Shown here: one piece after another, positions 27,212 through 40,212 of the stretch
Layout of the letters: each line of letters begins with the position of its first letter
Position numbering within the stretch: position 1 is the first letter of the stretch
Source: Octopus vulgaris
Taxonomy: Eukaryota
Length of the DNA stretch: 64,000 nt
Assembly (NCBI GenBank): GCA_951406725.2
Contig: OX597817.1
Coordinates: 1,674,001-1,738,000, forward strand
Direction: 5' to 3'
The notes under the pieces: generated by a model
Databases searched by the model: none
The model's input: the letters and a program-made list of their open reading frames with translations, nothing else
What the model was told of the DNA's origin: nothing
Translations under genes and position numbers: made by a program

Positions 27212-27718
27212 GCCGGTACGTCTGTGCGGTAAAGAAGACTGCTTTGCAACTACGTAGTTTCGGGCTCAATCTCAAAGCGTAGCACGTTGCATAAATGGTT
27301 CTACAATAATCTCAAGCCAGCCAATGCTTTGTGAGTGAATCTTTTGACAAAAACTGTAAGGAAGCTCGTCGTATGTATATACTGTTGGCGTTTCGGCGTT
27401 TCAGTCGAGTGTAATAGCATTAATGTGGTAACATCGTAGATTTTGTCATGGTATATGCTTGGCTGATGAAGATAGAACAAGATTATAGGTGGCAGACATA
27501 TCTTGTAAAATCTGAAACCTGCAGGTCCCACATTATCCTTTTCCAGGTATTTCATCTTTCAGATGTTCTCCCTGGAGGTAAGACAATTTTTCTAGTTTGT
27601 TGCACACACGCATTTTTGCTAATACATACGCGGTGAAGCTATACATTAGCGTCGTATTATTACGTTCGCTATTTCCAGTAAATATCGGTACTTGTTGTGC
27701 CATATATTTACTACTTTG

Positions 27719-27764
<46 letters not shown>

Positions 27765-27972
27765 GTGTGTATGCATCTGTATGTTTGTTTTACGACGCTT
27801 GACAAGCATTGTTGGTTTGTTCACATCCCCATAACATGAGTAGCTTGCTAAGAAGAAACCGATAGAATAAGTACATGCTTAAATTAAATACTGTGACTCT
27901 TTTGTCCTTCACGACAGTACCCCAGCATGGCCGCAATCAAATGACTGAAACGAGTAAAAGAATAAAAGAATA
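27212..27972 (+). mobile_element. Diverged SINE family A, interrupted at its internal TA tract by an insert of about 340 bp
   Basis: Head to gaagctcgtcgtatgtatata (27212-27381); tail acgcttgacaa...ccgatagaataagtac...ccagcatggccgcaatcaaatgactgaaac (27790-27972). Confidence 0.78.
27455..27533 (+). ncRNA. Type I hammerhead ribozyme in a solo cassette (about 27382-27720)
   Basis: aug(cu)ugg-CUGAUGA-AGAU..ACAAGAU..AUCUUGU..AUCU-GAAA-CCUGCAGG-UC|cca-cau; canonical core, palindromic stem III, GUC site after 27527. Confidence 0.82.
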
Positions 27973-28766
27973 AACTAAGAGATAAGTTTCCATTCATTAA
28001 GGATTTCTTTTACGTATGTCTCTCTGCCACCTACCTGAAACCGCATTCTGATGAATGGTGCGTAGTTCATATTCCAATGCAGGTGTTACACTCTATTCTT
28101 AAATACGATATTCAGATTTGACATAATCAACTTTTTATAGACAAAAGCTATATCATAAAGCGACTTATATATACTTCTGGGATTTTACAGAATAGTATTG
28201 TAGACTGCCAAATGAATTATGGGGCGTACCCCAATGACATTAAAGTGTTAAATAACATAGAAATATTTACTAGAAACAATAACAAAGTTAATTAGTTTTT
28301 GTTTAATTTTTCTTTCTGTTTTGAAAGCCACCCTTCACGCAAAAATTAGAAACGTTTCAGAGTCTGGTATTTTTATGTATCCACGTATTTGTGTTATTTA
28401 TTTTATGTATTACACATTTATGTTTTGGGTAATATATATTATTTGCGGTTCACTATTATACAATTACAGGTCTTTGAAATACTTCCCTAGGTATTTATGC
28501 CACATTCCGGTTAGACTCCACATCTGCAAGTAATGCAGATGGGGTTATATGCAACATTGTTCTGGTTGTAACGGAAAGAATACAAGAATATGCAATGATA
28601 ATATAATTAGACGTGGAGCTGTCAGAATCCTCCTGCAATCGCTTACTCTGTTTTCTCTATTTTTTGTGTTAATTAAAAACATACATATGTACATATTCAC
28701 GTACATCCATACATAAGTGCATGTCTAACACGCACGTGTATATATATATATGCATATATGTATACA

Positions 28767-28811
<45 letters not shown>

Positions 28812-28921
28812 ATTTATATATATGTGTGTGTGTATTATGTATATATCACATATATATTATATCATATATATATATTATAAACATATATATGTATCCCATA
28901 TATGTGAAAAATATATATATA

Positions 28922-29163
28922 CTCTTTACTCTCTTTTACTCTTTTACTTGTTTCAGTCATTTGACTGTGGCCATGCTGGAGCACCGCCTTTAGTCGAACA
29001 ATTCTACCCCAGGACTTAATCTTTGTAAGCCTAGCACTTATTCTATCGGTCTCTTTTGCCGAACCGCTAAGTTATGGGAGCGTAATCACACACCAGCATT
29101 AGTTGTCAAGCGTTGTTGGGGGGACAAACACAGACACACAAACACACACACACACACACACAT

Positions 29164-29194
<31 letters not shown>

Positions 29195-29386
29195 GGCGTA
29201 GGAGTGGCTGTGTGGTAAGAAGCCTATCGTATATATGTATATATATATATATACGACGGGCTTCTTTCAGTTTCCGTCTATCAAATTCACTCACAAGGCT
29301 TTGGTTGGTCCGAGGCTATAGTAGAAGACACTTGCCCAATGTGGTTCGTAAGCAAGCTACTTACCACACAGCCACTCCTACGCCTA
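28922..29386 (-). mobile_element. SINE family A, with a short oppositely oriented copy in its internal TA tract
   Basis: Reverse complement of 46568-47017; extra plus-strand head ggcgtaggagtggctgtgtggtaagaagcc at 29195-29230. Confidence 0.85.
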
Positions 29387-30059
29387 TATAATATACTCAA
29401 AAGCAAACACACACATTGCTTTTACTTAATTTCATTTCTAGTTTCGAGGCTTCTGCTTCAAGAAGTGTATATTTAAGGACTGTTGTGTTTCGTTGTTAAT
29501 GTTAAATACTCTTTTGATGCATACAAAAAGTTTTTAAGACTGCTTAAAGTATCTGAATTTAAAATAATGATGAACAAAGCAGCAACCTGTTTAGCCATTT
29601 GATATCAAGACAAAGCATTGTATTCAACATTGTGGCTGCATCTGCAAAAATACCGGGCAACTCTTCCCTTCAGACTATTTCCTACTTTTTTAAAAAGGAA
29701 AGGATCGTTGGTCATAGTGTCTTAAAAATGGTAGATCATTTCGATTTTGAGTCACCTTGATCAAAATTGACCTGAAGATATGTGTCATTATCATCGAACT
29801 TCAATTTGCATGGGAGCTTACCACTTGTAAGGCAGCTCTGAAAAAGAAGCTACAATGGTTTTGCAAGTGAACGTTTGCATGATTTGAGAAGGATTGCCAG
29901 TAGCTGGGCTTTCCTCTTCCTCATCTATGACCATTGATGTCGATGCAGTCAATTTTGTTACTGCTTCCCGCTTTACATTTGTAGTGTTAAAGAACTCTAT
30001 AGGTTTGCTGGCTTTCAAGTGCTGTAAAGGAAAACACTTCAAAAGTGTTTTACTTGCCC

Positions 30060-30750
30060 TCATTGGGTTTCCGTGAAGAAACCAACTTGCATGATATTGT
30101 TTGCATAAAGGACATAATTCTTAGAGTTTCATGTCGATGTCAGGTATGGAGAGACATTGAGTCCATTCCTGTTTGATGATCCCTTTGTCAATCAATTTCC
30201 AATCTGCTTTATGGTAGTTCAAACTGGATAAATTTTAGATGCTTCTCATAGGCTGTATGCCTGCGGATTCCTTATGCCGATTCCTTTGGCCTAAGGCGGG
30301 GAGCTGGTAGAAACGTTAGCACGCTGGACGAAATGCTTAGCGGTATTTCGACAGCCGTTGCGTTCTAAGTTCAAATTCCGCCGAGGTCGACAATGCCTTT
30401 CATCCTTTCGGGGTCGATAAATTAAGTACCAGTTACGCACTGGGGACGATGTAATCGACTTAATCCCTTTGTCTGTCCTTGTCTGTCCCCTCTATGTTTA
30501 GCCCCTTGTGGGCAATAAAGGAATAAGATTCCTTTGGCTTATACATGTCAGCTCTATTATATTGAGATTCGAGACAAGTTGGTGTTACTTTCGTATTATG
30601 AATGAGATCCATATTATTTGGGAAGCAAAGAGCAAGTGTATTGCTTGCCCTGGCTGGTTGGTTGGATACTGCATGCTCCATGTATAACGGGTTGGTGACG
30701 TTGAGCAGGGAACCGACCTGACTTTATTTTGCATTTCACCATTCATGGGG
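30060..30750 (-). mobile_element. LINE ORF2 (APE endonuclease end and linker) remnant, interrupted by a SINE
   Basis: QPARASNTLALCFPNNMDLIHNTKVTPT (compare PTR..NILDL.FTN) and LNYHKADWKLI (compare NF.KADW). Confidence 0.7.
30291..30526 (+). mobile_element. SINE family B with 12-bp TSD
   Basis: aaggcggggagctggtagaaacgttagc...gttcaaattccg; gattcctttggc at 30279-30290 and 30527-30538. Confidence 0.88.
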
Positions 30751-30809
30751 GGAAAGGATATATATTATATATATATGTGTGTGTGTGTGTATAAATGCAT
30801 ACGTCTATA

Positions 30810-30898
30810 AAGAAGAAGAAGAAGAAGAAGAAGAAGAAGAAGAAGAAGAAGAAGAAGAAGAAGAAGAAGAAGAAGAAGAAGAAGAAGAAGAAGAAGAA
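30810..30898. repeat. (GAA)n microsatellite
   Basis: Direct reading. Confidence 0.97.
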
Positions 30899-31289
30899 AC
30901 CAAAACCAAGTTAATTAAGCAAAAGCAGAAACTTAAACCGGAGAACTGGACCAGAAGCAGCCATATAAATGCTCAGAATGAGATGCTGCTGGAAATAGTG
31001 CTACAGAAGATTCAGACGTCTATTAAATACTAGAAGTAAGATAATGAGTATCTCATTTATCTACTATATTTATAATTACCCGGAGGTTTAACGTGCTTCG
31101 ATAGAAATTACAGGAAACTGCTAGCAATGTTCCGAAGTCACAGCCTTAAACCTATTATAAACAGAACAAATCTATTTCGTACAGAAAGATTACAAAGTCT
31201 GATACTTTGTGTGAAAAATAAAAATAACAACAGCGTGATTAGAGAAATACTTATAAGCAAGCAATGGGTATTATTTATTGAAGTAAAGT

Positions 31290-31500
31290 CGACAAGCTGG
31301 CAGAATCGGTAGCACGCGGGGGAAAATGCTTAACAGCATTTCTTCCGGCTTTACGTTCTGAGTTCAAATTCCGCCAAGGCCAACTTTGCTTTTCATCATT
31401 TCAGGGTCGATAAAATAACTACCAATGGAGTCCTGGGTTCGAAATAATCGACTTATCTCCATCCCTGAAGTTGCTGGCGATGTGCTAAAATTTGAAATCA
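31290..31500 (+). mobile_element. SINE family B copy
   Basis: agctggcagaatcggtagcacg...gttctgagttcaaattccgcc...gggtcgataaaataa. Confidence 0.8.
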
Positions 31501-31599
31501 CTATGTATTGAAGGAAATAAAAAAAGAACTTTTCTCTGAAGTAGAAGGAAGCAATAAAATATAAAGCATACATCGACTACCACCAAGAAAAAGATTTGG

Positions 31600-32000
31600 A
31601 TAAGAATTTAAAATAGAAAATTTTAATATATTAATATAAACAAAAGAAAAGATCAAAACATTCCTAAACATCCTGAGGAAAACATTCCAAAACATTCTGA
31701 AGAAAAAGTGGAGAGAAAGCCCAGTCCATGGCCAATACCCAGCGAGAGTCAACACAGACCATGTGACCCAGAGTGAAAGCCGACAAATGATGAAAATATT
31801 GGGCAGCAAGACCAATGCCTAGCGATAAGAAAATATTATTGTGATGGAAAAAAAAGGCGTTAACATCAGATGCTGACTATTCACCTATTAATGCGAGATA
31901 ATTGTCATGTATTTTAGACTACCCAGACATTGCAAAGTCCGAGTATGTTTAGAAACATGATCGACTTAGCAATTATATATACGGTTAGTAAGCTTTGCTA
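31600..32000 (+). mobile_element. R4/Dong-like RLE non-LTR retrotransposon remnant
   Basis: KWRESPVHGQY, QDQCLA and PDIAKSEYV*KHDRL match W..K.LHGQ, AAQDQ.L and CP.LA..EY..RHD. Confidence 0.7.
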
Positions 32001-32946
32001 GTGTGTAAAATATAAAATATTAGTACTTATAATCGTACACAGATACGTTCATATACATATATACACACATACATATACATGTATACGTACATATGTGTGA
32101 GTAAGTGTGTGCTTGTGCGTGTACACACAGACCCAGACACACACACAGACGCCCCCCCACACACACACACACATGCATACACTTTATATTAATAAACGCC
32201 AAAAATGCACATATTTGGGGGAGATATTGCACTGAAAAAATAAACATCCGCGTGATTTATTGCCATGAAGATAGCCGAGAAAATACTGCAAAAGTGTTGG
32301 TGTTGGCAGGCTGCAATTCGACCACAGCGTACGCCCATGTTAGGGCGATAGAGCTGGCATAGAATAAACAGGAACAATTTATTACAGATTGATCTAAAAA
32401 TAAATACGATGGCAGCTCAAAATAATTGAAATGCCGCGCATAATATTTTCGCTTTTGTTGATTTTGGTTTTTGGTTTCTGTGATATTTGTTGACAGTGCG
32501 GTTTTCTTTTTGCTGTTTTATATACATTCATGTTATCTATGGAATAAATAGATTTGCTCTCGGATTTAATAAAGAATTTTAGCATTGGAATATTGTTAAC
32601 GTCTTGCTTTCCCAAAATTATTGATACAGTGTATAAGAAGTATAATAATACTACTATAAGCACAAGGCCTGGAGTTTGTGGGGAGGGGGCAGTCGATCAC
32701 ATCGACTCCATGTGTTGAGAAGGATTTATCGATCCCGAAAGGATGAATAATTGTCACCTCTGGAAACATGGAATTTCGATTCAACGAAACTTAAACAACC
32801 CTTATTCAAGGCAACTGGAAATCCCATTTGAGCAGGATGGGCACTCGATCTGAAGAAAATTCTAACTGTCCACCTGCAGGTCATGTGCTGTTTATCTTGA
32901 CAGATGTTTAAAGACTCCGGTGCATTTTCACCTACACTATTACGAA

Positions 32947-32947
32947 A

Positions 32948-33036
<89 letters not shown>

Positions 33037-33039
33037 GCA

Positions 33040-33112
<73 letters not shown>

Positions 33113-33186
33113 TATGAGATAATAATAATAATAATAATAATAATAACCCCAGTGTCACTTTGATGGCATGCTCTGCTCGCTCACTC

Positions 33187-33275
<89 letters not shown>
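32947..33275. repeat. (AAT)n microsatellite containing a 40-bp terminal fragment (33147-33186) of the element seen at 50451-51006
   Basis: ccccagtgtcactttgatggcatg..ctgctc.ctcactc is shared with 50967-51006. Confidence 0.9.
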
Positions 33276-33276
<1 letters not shown>

Positions 33277-33277
<1 letters not shown>

Positions 33278-33503
33278 TCGGAATAGACATGAGAGCAAAG
33301 CAAACCCAAAAATGCTGCTCTGCTGGGGATAGCTAGGATTTCGAGATTGGTACTTGGATGATTAATGTCTTCCACGATAATTAACAACCAAGTATCAAAG
33401 CTTATAATGTGCGGAAAGAGACCCTGTGAGACTGCTGTCCGCTCTCACAGAATCTACCAGAACAAAAATGACCAAAGGTTTTGAGAAGTAAAACAATAAT
33501 AAT
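33277..33503 (+). mobile_element. 3' end of an R4/Dong-like non-LTR element, flanked by (AAT)n
   Basis: KNAALLGIARISRLVLG* matches the terminal QKAALLGTARILR.VL motif, followed by a short 3' UTR and aataataat. Confidence 0.7.
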
Positions 33504-34479
33504 AGGGAAACGACTAGTCGCTACTATCGATCCCAGTACTTGACTAAAAAGTGAAAGACAAAGTTGGCCTCGGTAGAATTTGAACTCAGTACGTAAAGAG
33601 CCAGAAGAATGCTAATAATCACTTTACCAACGTTCTAACGACACACAGACGACCGTCTGCCTTCCACTCATCAGCATTTTTCTTTTCTTTTCATCCCGCA
33701 GTGGCACAAAATTACAAAATTAATTCTATCAAGTCAAAACTATTATAAAATTGTCCTTTATTATATCGAACCCTTTTAGGGTAGAAGACAAAGTTGACTT
33801 CGACAAGATTTGGGCTCAGAATCTAATGATCAAATACTGTAAAGCATTTCTTTCATCGCCCCAACCATCCAGCCAGCTCATAATAATTATATTAACGATT
33901 ATCACCGTATCGAAATTTGCTTAATTTGACGTCGCCTTTTTTCCCCTCTTCTATTACAATGCGATTATATAACTTGCCATGCATATAATTGCATCTAGAG
34001 AAAACAATTATAAACTCATCCTTTATGAAACGAACCTTGTGCCTTGTCAAAATAAATCACAGAATCTTTGTGAAGCATTATGGTTAGTTATCACAGAAGC
34101 AGCATCAGCATCTGCAGCAGCAATATGGATACTGTTAAACGATTTAGCGAAATTAATTGTGGTATTTCATTGTCTGCAACTATTTCCACTGTTTATAGGC
34201 ACATATAACTACAACATGATAATCATAAATATAAGGCTAGTTTCAGATTTTCAAATTCTGTTTCCTTTTTCTTAAAGCATTTAGCCCCCATTTATTCCGA
34301 GGCACAGCATTAACGATCATCATTTTCAATTAATTTATTATTGTTCATGATTATATTTTTTTATCATATAAATTATTTTATAAATTTTTATTTGTCTTCA
34401 AGAAAGACATTTTTATTCGTTGTTAATCACATTTATATTCTGATTCACAATATTATTCTATCGATTATATTTCATATAG

Positions 34480-34735
34480 CACCACCACCACCACCACCAC
34501 CACCACCACCACCACCAGCACCAGCCACCACCACCACCACCACCACCACCACCACCACCACCATTACCACCACCACTGCCACCACCACCACCAGCAGCAG
34601 CACCAGCACCACCAATACCATCGCCGCCGCCGCCTCCACCACCACCACCACCGCCACCACCACCACCATCACCACCACCGCCGCCACCACCGCCACCACC
34701 ACCACCACCGCCACCACCACCATCGCCGCCGCCAC
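34480..34735. repeat. (CCA)n/(CCG)n compound trinucleotide repeat
   Basis: Direct reading. Confidence 0.95.
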
Positions 34736-34983
34736 TGTTGTTGGCACCACGACTGCGCTGCCATTGCAACTATCACTGTCACCGCCGCCACTGTCGTTGT
34801 TCTTGTTATGGTTGTCGTCGTCGTAATTGTCGACGCTGTTATAAACACTGACTGTTAACTATGTCAGATATGCTGAGTAAAGCTGTAGGAAATTTTTGGA
34901 AAATTAATTATCAACATTGGATGTAAGCTACATTTTATTGCAATGTATTTAGTAAGTAGCTGGGAGGTGTTTTCTTTACTTTA

Positions 34984-35026
<43 letters not shown>

Positions 35027-36086
35027 TTGTGTGTGTGTGCATACGTGCGTGCATGTGTGTGTGCGTGTGAAATATATCACTTCTGGAGGGATATATTTAA
35101 ACTTTAATTGTCGTTTGCCTTTTTTGGTAAACGATAATTCCTCGTACGTTGCGGCTGCAGTTGAAGTTTACAACTAAAGTGTCCATCTTTAATCGAAATG
35201 GAAAAAAAAAATAATAACAATGATGAACTGATTAACAATTATCGACAAATAACAGCAATAAATTTTTCAGCAATAAGAGCAAAAACAACCGAATATAACA
35301 ACAAAAATAATGTAAAAAGTGTCAACAGTACGAAACCTATGGTCACCATCACAAGATGTATTCGGAGTGGTGGTGTATAAGTATAGGTTTTATACTAACA
35401 ATATATATTCTTTTCCTTATTAAATAAGTTCTGGTAAATATAACTTGTTGCTAATTAGGATTAAGAATTATTCTTAATTTTATTAATTTTTACCATTCTG
35501 CTGATGACAACAGATAATATCAAAACTCTCTATAGAAAGTAAATCCTACCTGGAAAATTACAAGAATGATTAGAACTTGATTGTTCTTCCAGATGTCAAG
35601 AAGTTTGCAGCACATTCTGCCGTACCATTAATCGCGAAGGATGATTCCAAATAGCTCGAAGCTAAGTTTGCTAAACACCTAACTATAAATATAAATGATA
35701 GGTCTCGTCTTTTGCATCAATGAATCCCTATCAGATTGCACCAAGGTAGAATGTACTGATAGAGCTCTCCCTCACTTTCTATCAAATCTGCTGCACCTCA
35801 AGGCTCACCTTTCATTCTTCCCTATATTTTCGCACACAGGCACCATCCACAAGCATTTTACACACTTGACGTCAACCATGCCCTGTCTCAATTATAAGAA
35901 ACACTAAAACTTTTACTAGGATTATATTTTGCGCCTTCTATAGTACAAAAACAGAAACACTGCACATATTATGGAATGTTTATATAACCGGGTGATATCA
36001 CATTATATTTGAGTGAATATCTGTGGGGAGTCGTGTGTGCTTTAATATATCTCACATTTTCTCTCTCACACGGACATAGACATGTT

Positions 36087-36133
<47 letters not shown>

Positions 36134-36455
36134 GCACGCATACTTCTTAGACACAATGTGTTATTTTATATTATATAGTCGCAGTTTGCAGGCTTATATT
36201 AAAGCATAACATGTTCTATAAATATGTCAGAAATCAATGAATACGAATATTTTTGCGCGTATTTTTATGTTCAGACGGAAGCGTACAAATATTCCCATAT
36301 ATAAACGTCTATGTATGTATGTATGTATGTATGTATGTATGTATGTATGTATGTGTGTATGTATGTATGTATGTATGTATTTGTCACTCTATCTATCTTT
36401 ATATATATGTATATATATAATTATATATATATATATAGGATGAGTGTATGTATAC

Positions 36456-36505
<50 letters not shown>

Positions 36506-37559
36506 TATATATATACATATAGATACACATATGTATATATATATATATATATATATATTTATTATGTATAATCTACATATACTATATATGGGTGACTATA
36601 TATAAAGAATGTCTCTAATGTATATGTATAGAACGCGCCTGGATGAATGAATATACATAAATTTGTATGCAATTGTTTGTGTTCGCATGTGTGTGTGCGT
36701 GGATATATTTATGTATATATATATATATACATACAGAAAGAGAGTGTGTGTGTGAGAGATACACGTATGCATATATTCATATATACATGCACACTCATAT
36801 ACTTACATAATCAAGAATGTGTGTTATATGTAGCTGCAAACCATAAAATAAAGTTCTGGACATTAAGTCAATCATGCTAGTCAATGAATAACTTTATTGA
36901 ATCATATTCACATCATCAATACTGGTCCAAATATTTTTCTTCTACTTTAACACAATGTTCAGAGAAAAATCCCATAATATTTTCTGTATTTCATTACAGT
37001 CTAGGATTTTTCTCTACAGTTATTTATTAACAACATAGGATAAAAAAAGAATTCGTTTTATGAGAGAGGGAAAAATCAAAAAACGGAAAAAAAAGTTGAA
37101 AAAGAACATGGAGGGAAATCACTTTTATTAGAGAAAGGTCAACCATGATACGTACTATATAGAAGGATAAGTGTACGTGCGTGTGTGTGTATGTGTGTGT
37201 ATGCGTTTGCGTGGGTGCGAGTATTTGTGTACAGGTTTACATATAAATACACACATATATGCATATACATACATACACACGCACACACACACACGCACAC
37301 ACACACACGCACACACACACACGCACATATATATATATATATGCGCATGTATTGCATATACAAGTGTATGTGCTTGTACGTGTGTGTAAGCATTGCATGT
37401 ATAAATATATCATATAAATACAAGTATATTGCAACAAAAGAATGCACACATACATGTATATATATTTGTGTATTGATGCGTATATATATATGTGTGTGTG
37501 TGTGCGTGTTTGTATGTGTGTGTATTTGTGTGTGTGCGTATATATATTATATATATTAC

Positions 37560-37666
<107 letters not shown>

Positions 37667-38011
37667 ATTTACAATTATAATAGAAATGTCAGCATATTGC
37701 AGCTATTTTGAATCATGGATACAATTACTTGAAAGATAGTATAGAGCATAATAAACGCACAAAGAAGACCGCACAAATCTCGCAGTTCAATTATTTGAAT
37801 GCCCTGTCTTTTCACAGAGCCTTATGTTGAGTTTGTTTGAAGATTATGTTAAATGTATAACTAGCTTCTTGAAGTTTCCGTCACTTACACTGTAATTCAT
37901 GCTTCTGTTTATGTGCAACATTTAGAATATCAAAAATTACCACATCGTGGTTAAATACAGTGATTAAGAAAAGCATGAAAAGTTCACTCACATTATTCTA
38001 TGACCGAATAG

Positions 38012-38460
38012 CAAGGCCGGTTTAAGAACCACCGGGGCCCCCAGCACTTAAAAGATTTTGGTGTCGCCATAAAAGATTATGTAATTCAAAATATAAACAA
38101 GAACAAACCATAAAATCAATTTTTATTTTTCAAAACGAAACAAAACAGTAAGAGGGAAAATAATGTTTATTTTTGTCTACTTCCACTTTACTTATATTTG
38201 AAAAGATTCCTCCTACTTTTTTGAATTGCAATGTCTTTGATCAGATCCTCAAAATTAATCTTAGGTAACACATCTGCATCTATATTTAGTAGAGATAAAG
38301 GCATCCCGAATATTATCTTAGCAAGTTTAAAGTGATTTCTTTTGTGCCGTAAACCATTTACCATTTCTGTGGTATCCTCTCCTCCTTCCCTTGATTCCCT
38401 AAGCATGTGTTTATTTTGCTTCACGGTTAATCCAGCGCTGCCAAAAAGCAAGAGAGATAA
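38012..38460 (-). mobile_element. hAT transposon 3' remnant (dimerisation domain and terminus)
   Basis: LSLLNIDADVLPKINFEDLIKDIAIQKSRR matches the hAT C-terminal motif; GC-rich terminus caaggccggtttaag..ggggcccc. Confidence 0.68.
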
Positions 38461-38651
38461 CTGAAAAGGTTTCTTGGTTCTTATCAGTCACAGTCAGATC
38501 ATAGACAGTTCAAATGATCGAATACCTTATATTTTTAATTACTGGGTCTAAAGAAAGGAGCGCTGCATATGGCCTTCTCATACCCTCTGAGCCTGATAAG
38601 ACTGATAGTTTGAAATTGAGATGAATGTGCCTCATACATATACGTGTACAG

Positions 38652-38701
<50 letters not shown>

Positions 38702-39127
38702 TATTCTTTAGATATGGTTAGGATTTCAAATATATAATTTGGTACTGTCAGCAAATTTGAGTCAAAATCTAAAGGTATCAAGTTTTCTAACGTAACAGAT
38801 TTACGTTTTTTCAACCAAGTCTTCCAACACCAACTAAAATAGAAAAAAAAGACAAAAAATACATAAAAAACTTTAAATTGGGTCCAAGCTAACTGTCTGT
38901 AGTGTTCTTTTATTCCCATACCGGTTTCAGCCAGAGGCTGGGACCATACTAGAGCAGCAACGAAAAAAAATGTACAATACGTTACGTGAGATTGGATAAG
39001 TGTGCTGTGCGGATTAATGGAACGATGTTGTTTTAGGGATTTCCCGTCATCTGCAAGAAACAATGAGAAAATGACCAGAGAGGAAACAGAGAAATAAAGA
39101 AAAAAGAAAGAATTCCTTTTTATTTAG

Positions 39128-39545
39128 ACTAGCAGGATCGCCCGGCATTGTTCGGGTTTGTTTCGACCCTTTAGAATTGGAATTTTGAAAAGAAAAATTT
39201 TGCATTATGTAGCTTGTTATTCTTTTAAGTGAACATTTTTCTGGAGAAAAATGGCGAACAGCAGTCAAAAATCGTAAAAAATAGGAATTTCCATAGAACC
39301 AAAAATGACCATTTTGATGTAAATATTTTTTTGTGTCAGCATGGTCCAATTTGAATTTTGTCTCCTACAGAAGGAAGAGCAATTCCTTCTTCATAATCTC
39401 AATTTTGGTCAACTAGCAGTCGTAGGGTCGCCCGGCATTGTTCGGGTTTGTTTACCAAACCTGCCACCCTTTAGAATTGGATATTATATAGATATAACAA
39501 CAAAAAATGTAAAAATTTTGCATTGTGTGTTATGTAGCTTGTAGC
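39128..39545 (+). mobile_element. Helitron/Helentron-like non-autonomous repeat, 5' part duplicated
   Basis: actagcaggatcgcccggcattgttcggg at 39128 and an insertion-ridden repeat of it at 39411. Confidence 0.5.
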
Positions 39546-39982
39546 CGCAGGAGGTATTCTCTTTTAGGCACACTTTCTGTGCCCTTATGGTATTTGCAAA
39601 GGGAGGTCATCCCTCCCTCGTCAACCTAGGTGACACGCACGGACTGCAGTTTCTAGGTATTTGCCTTAGCCATATCGAGATGGCTAGTATACCTTACATT
39701 GTCGTGCAGTTACTGTTTACATCTCGTTCAGAGATTTATTATTGCTAACAAAAAAAGGGTTCATTCTATAAGGTGACAGCCTCGAGACGTCTGATTCCTC
39801 ACATCTCCAGAACATAAGAAGTCACATATTTCGCCGTATAATTCACTATTCTCACATCTCAGATATATGGATATCTTGAAACATTAATTCTCTCATTACG
39901 AAAATAATGTTGCAAGTTAAAATAATTCAAATAGTAGATCAAGCTCACCAATACACCGAAGCCCATGCTACATGTTATAATA

Positions 39983-40182
39983 TACATACATACATACATT
40001 CATACATACATACATACATACCTACCTACCTACCTACATACATACATACATACATACATACATACATACATACATACATACATACATACATACATGCATA
40101 CATACATACATACATACATACATACATACATACATACATACATACATACATACATACATACATACATACATGCATACATACA
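39983..40182. repeat. (TACA)n microsatellite
   Basis: Direct reading. Confidence 0.97.
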
Positions 40183-40212
40183 AAGGTACGTACGTACGTA
40201 AATGCATATATA

